Assembly (NCBI GenBank): GCA_964252035.1
Contig: OZ176211.1
Length of the DNA stretch: 64,000 nucleotides
Source of the DNA: Podarcis erhardii
Taxonomy: Eukaryota
Direction: 5' to 3' (one strand)
Below are positions 57,017-64,000 of this stretch, piece by piece. The notes below the pieces were generated by a model. The model did no database searches, was not told the DNA's origin, and worked only from the letters and a program-made list of their open reading frames with translations. Every line of letters starts with the position of its first letter. The stretch's first letter is position 1. Made by a program: the position numbers and the translations under genes.

Positions 57017-60000
57017 GGAAGGGCTCTATAAAAGGCCTTGTTTCCATAAGACTGTTCACTGGCTAGCTTACATTTTGTAACGCATGCATAAAAGAAATTG
57101 AAACCAGAGCATATGAAACCAGTGTGGATGAGAATTCTGTTTTGTGCTTCAGAAACATTGGTTTCCAAACAACTGTTCAGAAGTATTTCGTTTTCCTAAT
57201 ATCCCAGCACCCCAGCCAAGGAAGGCACACATCCAAGCACACTTACAGCAGCTCCTAAAGTGCAATGGATACACAGCTTTCTAGGCAGCTTTCCCCAGGT
57301 CCATGCCCCACAGAGCAGTTGCAGCAACAGTGGGACCAAGCTCCTCACCACCACCTTATGCACCCTTATCTGATGGGATGTGCACATGCAACCTGAGGCT
57401 TCTCCTACACAGAAGTCGCCGTTCTTCTCTCTTCAGGTTCCTCCTGATTCTAGGAGACAGCAGAGCAGGGGATGGCAAGGTTCTGACTGGCCCATCTGCC
57501 TGAACCACCATTTCCTCTTCCTCTGACATGTCATATGCACCCACCTCCATCTCTGACTGCTTAGTTTAGACCCTTCCTCTCCCCAACTCCTGCTTTGGCT
57601 CCTGCCTCGCAGATGGTGCCAAACCCCATAAATCACTGGGCCCCTTTCCTATAGTGAATAATTTGTGCCTATATATGCAGTTTGTGCGTATACATGGGTG
57701 GTCCCTTAATGTGTAAGACCTTGTGCAGGTGTCCAGTACATGGACAACAGGGATGCCATGAGCAGGGCCAGACAGTGCAATCCTAAGTCCCAAACACATG
57801 TAGAAGATGGGCATGTGCATAGGCCAAGTCTTCCAGAAAACGAACTTTCAAAGCAGTAGTTTAAGGCAAGATAAAATAAGCATGATTTCCCTACCAAATG
57901 GCTTCCTTGGTGCAAAATCAAAATAAGAGAGGATTACAGGAACTATAAGATTGAGACTTGCAGTGAAATATGAAAAAACACCTAATTTTGGAATGCAGAA
58001 CAAATTACTTAAATGATAGCCCCAGAATTATGTTTACTGAAACCAACAGATTTTAACATGAAAACAGACTACATATTTACATGTCCCTATACCACAGCTT
58101 TTGGCAATATCACCATGACAGTGATTCTTTTTAAAACAAGCTTCCATTGGTTTGACCTTAAGTATCCTCACAGCTGTGCAGATCACATCAAACTGCCTTT
58201 TAGGTCTTGTGCTATTCACATGAGACTGAAAGCACTTCTGACTTTAAAAGGGTCTGAGTGAAAATTGGAAGATATCATATTGGTGCTAGTTCATAGTATA
58301 ATATCATCAAGGGTCCCGAATTTTTTGCTGCCCAAGAGGAATTAAAACAGGGATGGGAAACCTATAGCCCTCCAACAGTTGTTGGACTCCAACCACCATT
58401 GGTCTCAGCCAGCACAGTCAATAGTGAGGAATGATGGGGGCTGCAATCTAACAACACCTGAAACTTAGAAAATCTGATGGTTCGAAGGATCTCAGTAACA
58501 CCTCATTGAATGCAGGAGATACCACCCAACTGATGAGATGCCAAGCAGCATTTGTGCAAAGCACAGGGCCTACACAGTGTGGGGAGCAGATTTCTCTCCC
58601 TGGACTTCTTAGAATTCAGCAGAATTCCTGATCTGGACCTTGTGGAGAAATTAATTCTCTGCACCACAAGAATGTGTTTCAAAGCTTTGCCGCAAAACAG
58701 TAAAATAAACATTACAAAATAACTAAGCAACACTTTATAAACAAGCAATGAGGTTCAGTCCTTTATATGCAGTTCAGTAAACCTTCCTCTCTCTGGTCCT
58801 AGAGGGAGATCCTAAGCTTGTTCATCAGTGCAGAACTTCCCTGCAACTTTTGTTGTTGCTGCTGCTGCTAGCCATCTCCAACAAGCACACACAGGCTTCT
58901 CAAGTTTCAGCTTCCCGTTGTGAAAGCTCTGCAGCTCATGTTTTCAGATATGAGCCATCAAGTAGATTATCTCACTCTAATGGAAAAATATCAACCTTCT
59001 CTAATGCTTTTGCCAGAGTGGAACCTTTTTGCCTAAGGTAAGAGTTCTACTATATATGAATGTGTAAATATTTACCTAGGGAAAATAATTTTTGTGAATA
59101 CATCCAAATAATTTGGATGTCTGGGTAGCTCTTATATCATTCCAGGTATGATGCTACTATTCCTCTATGGGCTGAGGTTGGAGCTTTTGTCCAGCAAATG
59201 ACCACATTATAACCACAGTTAAAAATTGAAATTTGGTCTGCTGTGACCCAAATGATTTCTTCTCCCCCTAAATCATGTTGCATTCCCCTATTTTGTTCAA
59301 TTCTGGAGAAATAAACACAGAGTTTTAAAAGAGGAAAAAAAGAATCCGCCTTGAATTTTTTGTAACAGAAGTAGCATCTGATTGATTCCAACAGACCATA
59401 CTTTCCAATAGGTTACATTCAGGATTTTGGCCTAAAGCTGTAAACTTTGCTGGGAGCAGGCCCATAGGCCCAGGGAACACATACCTGCTTCAGAATAAAT
59501 ATGTGTAGGATTACTCTGTAAATCTGTCAGTAGAGTCTCAAAAGACAAAGGGCACCAATAGCATCCAATTACTCTGCTGGGCAAGGAGCCTCATTGAACT
59601 GGTCAGGCCCTGTGCCAATAAATGATTGCATCAATGGAGGTAGGAAGAAGCCTCACTTGTCCCTTGCCTTCCCCTCATGGCCTGCCTGGGCCTTTTCAAG
59701 CTGGCTTCTCCATTCAGAAAAGATTTTTCTATGACAGGCCAATGAGGAGGATTAAAGAGCAATTAAGCCCAATAAATTATCTTCCTAAAACATTTTTTAA
59801 AAATATCCACTGTGCTGAAGCAAAGTTACTGCCGCTTCATTTCCCCTGTGAAGGGGGATCAAGGCAGATCAAACAGCCTGAGACCTGCTGAGCCGCCCCT
59901 CTTTTGCTTAACACAGGACTCATAGTGGCCTACAGAAATCTACTCAGCTTCACCCACCCATTTTCACCCCTGATCAAATTAAATCAATCTTCTCCTCAGG

Positions 60001-62568
60001 AAGGGATTTTGGCTTTAGAAAACACAGAATGTGCTTTTAAAGTAAAAGAAGAGGAAGAGAAGACACCCCCCCAACACTCCTTATGGGTCAATTCCATAAG
60101 TAAAGCAGAAAAAAAGAGCAACAATACGACTGTTAAGTTGTGGGTGAACATATCCAGTACATAACAACGACCACCTCTTCTCTTCTCCACAACTCCACCT
60201 CATGAAGATTTCCTATTTTCTTTCTTATTAAATATGTTTGTGTCTACTTTTTATAATGTCTGAGAACTTTGGGTAGCATTATATATATAGCATCTACTGC
60301 TTTTTTCCATCCACTATAAATAAAAGTGTTTGGAAGTTTTATTAGCTGACTTATCACACATATTTTGTACATTATTTACAGCAATGGATGTCCCCAGCAT
60401 AATCTGTATTTCACATGGATGTTATTGGGACAGTGCACTTTAATAATGGAGCTTTTGTGGGTTGTCAGATAGTGGTCACACAACGTGCAGTTTGAAAAAA
60501 GGGGGGTCACATGAAGGGGTGCTATGAAATGTTTCAAGAGTAAGGTAGCAAACGCCAGCCAATATATTTTGGTGCCTCAGACAGAAGATCCAAGTGACTC
60601 CCCATCCTAATACTGACAAATACAGAACACAATTTACCAGACTGTTCTCCTGCACACACTTTGTTGAAATGAATGGAAGTTCTTTAAAATCATGGAGCTC
60701 AGATTGTGCACTGCAGCTGTTTTGAGTTGCAAAATTATCTTGGACCAACCCTGCTTGAAACCAGGTGAATATTTCAATATTCACTCAGATTTGAAATTGG
60801 AATTTGTGTTAGCTCTATCCATGCCCTTTTAATGCATGTTCCCCAAGAGACTGTCTGATAAATGAGTTTCCTGGCAGGAATGTTTGCTGAAAGATTAAAT
60901 TTTAAGCAAATGTCACAAAATATTAACTCAGAAGTCATTCTTAAACTTGTAAAATCGACACAGGAAGCTGTACAGTAGTAATAGAGAGGAATATATTGTG
61001 ACCTATGAGTTCAATCACTGCTGTCCAACACACATTTTGAAATAAAACAAAAGACTCCAAACCCTGTTACATAAAATTCCTCATACAGTAATCTGAATCC
61101 AGTGTGGTAGTCACAGTAACTTGTGTTAGTGCAGCTCTGTGGCAAGAACTCTACCACTTGCCCAGATCCATGACCTACATTATGTAAAAACTTCCCCAAT
61201 TCACTTGCATAAACAAGTTGATGCTTGTGCTAAATTTTATGCTGAATTTTAAAATAAAGCAGCTCTGCTGAGGAGGGTTTGACTTCCTATGGAAACATTA
61301 AACTGGAATATTAAACTAGAGAAGAATGAACAATTGGAAAGGATTTTGCATACTAAAGTTTAATTGTAACAGAATTGATAATACTAAGATAAGTCCTACC
61401 CATGTCTGCATTATTTATTTATTTTTAATGTTATTATTAACATTATTAAATATTTATATTCAATCTTTCAACAAAAGACTACAAGGTGAATAACAACCAA
61501 GGTATAACTATAAATTAACATTTTAAAATCTCACTTATCAGCTAGTGTTAAAACAGCAAAAACAACAAAAAAGAGATTGCAACAGCAATCAAATTGCATA
61601 AAACCAGAGACAGCTGAAACCAGTTCAATTGTTTAAAAAAGTACAATGTAAAAGCTTTCATAGGTTTTTCACCAACTTATAAAAGGAAATTGCACATCCA
61701 CACAGTGGAAGAAGGTAGGGATTGAAAAATGATGCATAAGAACATTCCGAACTTTTGCATATAATAAGGTATTGGGAGAGGGGTTGTTGGAGAAGTAATT
61801 TATTAGAAATGTTGCATTGCCGTAATCTCACTGGTAACTTCTGCAGGAAGACACATTATGTAACCATATCCCACAACACAACCAAGGTAGCAGTTGGTGT
61901 ACTTGCTCCTTAAGTGCTAGAAGCCCTTCTGGTTGGCACAACTATACTATGAATCATGCTAGAATGAATTTGATGAAGAACATGATCCATGATTAGTGGT
62001 GCAGCTAGGGCTGGACCTCGAGGTCAAAGTCCAGGGCTTCTCAGCCCATGGGGGCCTCAAATGACCACCACAAATAAGTGGCAGAGGATAGCATCAGCAC
62101 CTGAGCCAGCATGGGCCTACCTTGCACAGGGACCACTGCTGATGGCTACAGCATGCTATCGTTTAAAAAACAAATCATAGTCAAGCTGCTGAAAGTGGCA
62201 ATAGTTTGGCAGCTCACTCAGTATGATTGCCTTCGTGGCAAGCTATTTTTAGTATTCCCGGTTTTCCTGGCCTCTGAGGCAGGTCTTGGTGCAGGTAATT
62301 GCAATCCATTTCAGAATAATTTTTACTTTAAAAACACACTATAATTTTCTGCAACAAAACTGTGCTCATTCCCAAATAAATATACTTAGAATCAGGACAG
62401 CAGAAACAGATTCCATTTTATTTCTGTAATCATGATGGTACTGTGATTTAAGTGAGTTTAAAATGCACGTACTCAGATTGTGCCTTCATCTTTTTTTTTA
62501 ATCAGGGAAATGTTTTGTATTTATTTCCTGCTCTAATAGCAGCTGTAAAGCATGAGATTTTGGGAGAG

Positions 62569-62609
62569 TTAATTAATTATTAATTAATTAATTAATTAAT
62601 TAATTAATT
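62569..62609. repeat. (TAAT)n microsatellite
   Basis: Direct observation. Confidence 0.9.
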
Positions 62610-64000
62610 CACAATTGACATAATATGCAAGGCAGTCTAAAGAAGGGACTGGGAAATCTGTTAAATCCAGGGTATAATATTACCTAGTTGCAGCAATGGC
62701 CATTAGTGGTCAGCAAGTATGCTCTCCTGCCATAACTATAACTTCTTCCACCTGAATTGCAAGGAAATGATATGATATCATTTGCAGACTGTAGTGGATA
62801 ATTTATTGACCCCTATTTCTTTGAATGACTTTCAGGGGGAGCACCTGCATCTTCATGTCACAGATACAGTCTCCAAAAAAGGAATATTAATTTATTTCTT
62901 TGCACCAATAGTTAAAGATATCTTACACCCAATTCTGCAGTAACATGGATTTTCCTTTTTGATATATATAAAAAAATGTTGTTATCCTTATTATCAAATA
63001 AATGTTATGCCCAAATGCACATGGACTGATTTTCTGTCTGCTAATTAGTCAGTGAAACCCTCATTTAAATTGGGACTTATCTATACAACATACATGTGCT
63101 ACACAGATTAATGCAAGAATGATGCCATCAAGTCAACTAAGAGTGCAAATTTAATATTTAGGGATGCAAGACCTGTTGAGTTAATTCCAGGAGACTGGGA
63201 AGTAAGGGAAACAGTTTATGAAGTGCTCCCATGCAGTATTTCAAGATATACATGCACATTGGAAGAAGCAAAATTATTCTCTGCCCATCCTGCACCCTTC
63301 CAAAATCCCCACAAGGTAGACACTGGAAAGGGTTACTTCTTAATTGGCCTTCAGTGTTTGTGGAGCATGCAATGTCAAACATTCTGCAAACACAAATGCT
63401 ATTATACCAAGCATGCTTTATGGAAGTCTATAATATTAAAGAATAACTATCTGCCTGAACAGCTTGGGGCATTCATCTGCGGAAATGTTTTGCCAAGGAG
63501 CAGACACACCTGTTGAAATTGTTTAAGACAAGAGATCAATAAGTGGGTGCTGCTTGAAAAGCCAATCACACTCTGGAGTTCCCAAGGGTGAGGGTGAGCA
63601 AGAACCACTATAATGTAGAAATGCACTGAGTAGCGCTATTTGCCATTGATTGTAGCAGAAAATTACAGGGAGCAAGGAATCTTAGAACAAGTGGATCTTT
63701 TACCCAGACCCCAAAGTTTTCCCATGCAAGTTCCATTGGAAATGAATGAAAATGACCCTGTTCCTTTCAAAAAGTCTTGCAAGGAGACACTGATAGATTG
63801 TGCTTTCTAAATGTAATAGTTTACCTCATCTTCTAGACTGCTGTCCTATGAGAAACATTAGTTAGCAGAAGGATATGGGTGGCCTCAAGTGCCTAGGGCA
63901 CAGTACTGAATATTACCAGGAGAGCTGGAATCTCTTACCAGCTTTGCCACTGAGATTACGTGCAAAGTTGTGTGAGCTTATTTCATTCATGATTATTAAA

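Noticed and set aside
57196-57636. Cluster of short ORFs with an acidic/basic peptide (MSEEEEMVV...RRNLKREERR)
   Set aside because: No motif I can recognise; more likely decayed repeat or chance.

Overview
Vertebrate genomic DNA, almost certainly a squamate lizard and probably a lacertid: it carries Sauria/Squam1 SINEs with cctttaccttt tails, BovB, a tRNA-Lys-headed CR1-tailed SINE and squamate MITEs. The only protein-coding gene I can support is an intact INSIG1 on the + strand: a CpG-island promoter with TATA at 9974, a non-coding first exon and five coding exons (13169-19519, 273 aa). Around it lies TE-rich intergenic DNA. Downstream, an approximately 11-kb gene-free, CpG-retaining, TE-poor block (about 29.4-40.1 kb) and several homeodomain/TCF/SOX-motif-rich islands most plausibly belong to the regulatory landscape of EN2, which follows INSIG1 in human; EN2 itself is not in the window. 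I found no novel protein system. The strongest leads are regulatory and RNA-level. (1) INSIG1 5' end: two alternative exon-1 donors would include or exclude a structured 98-nt cassette whose ATG opens a 155-codon overlapping out-of-frame ORF; the ancestral start ATG appears to have become GTG with a new weak ATG four codons upstream; intron 3 is U12-type. (2) A perfect 77-bp inverted repeat from a Penelope-like element, carrying a minimal hammerhead ribozyme on the upstream-antisense strand, sits about 650 bp before the TATA box. (3) The orphan hypomethylated domain. All family assignments come from reading the sequence by eye and remembered consensus motifs; no database search was run.
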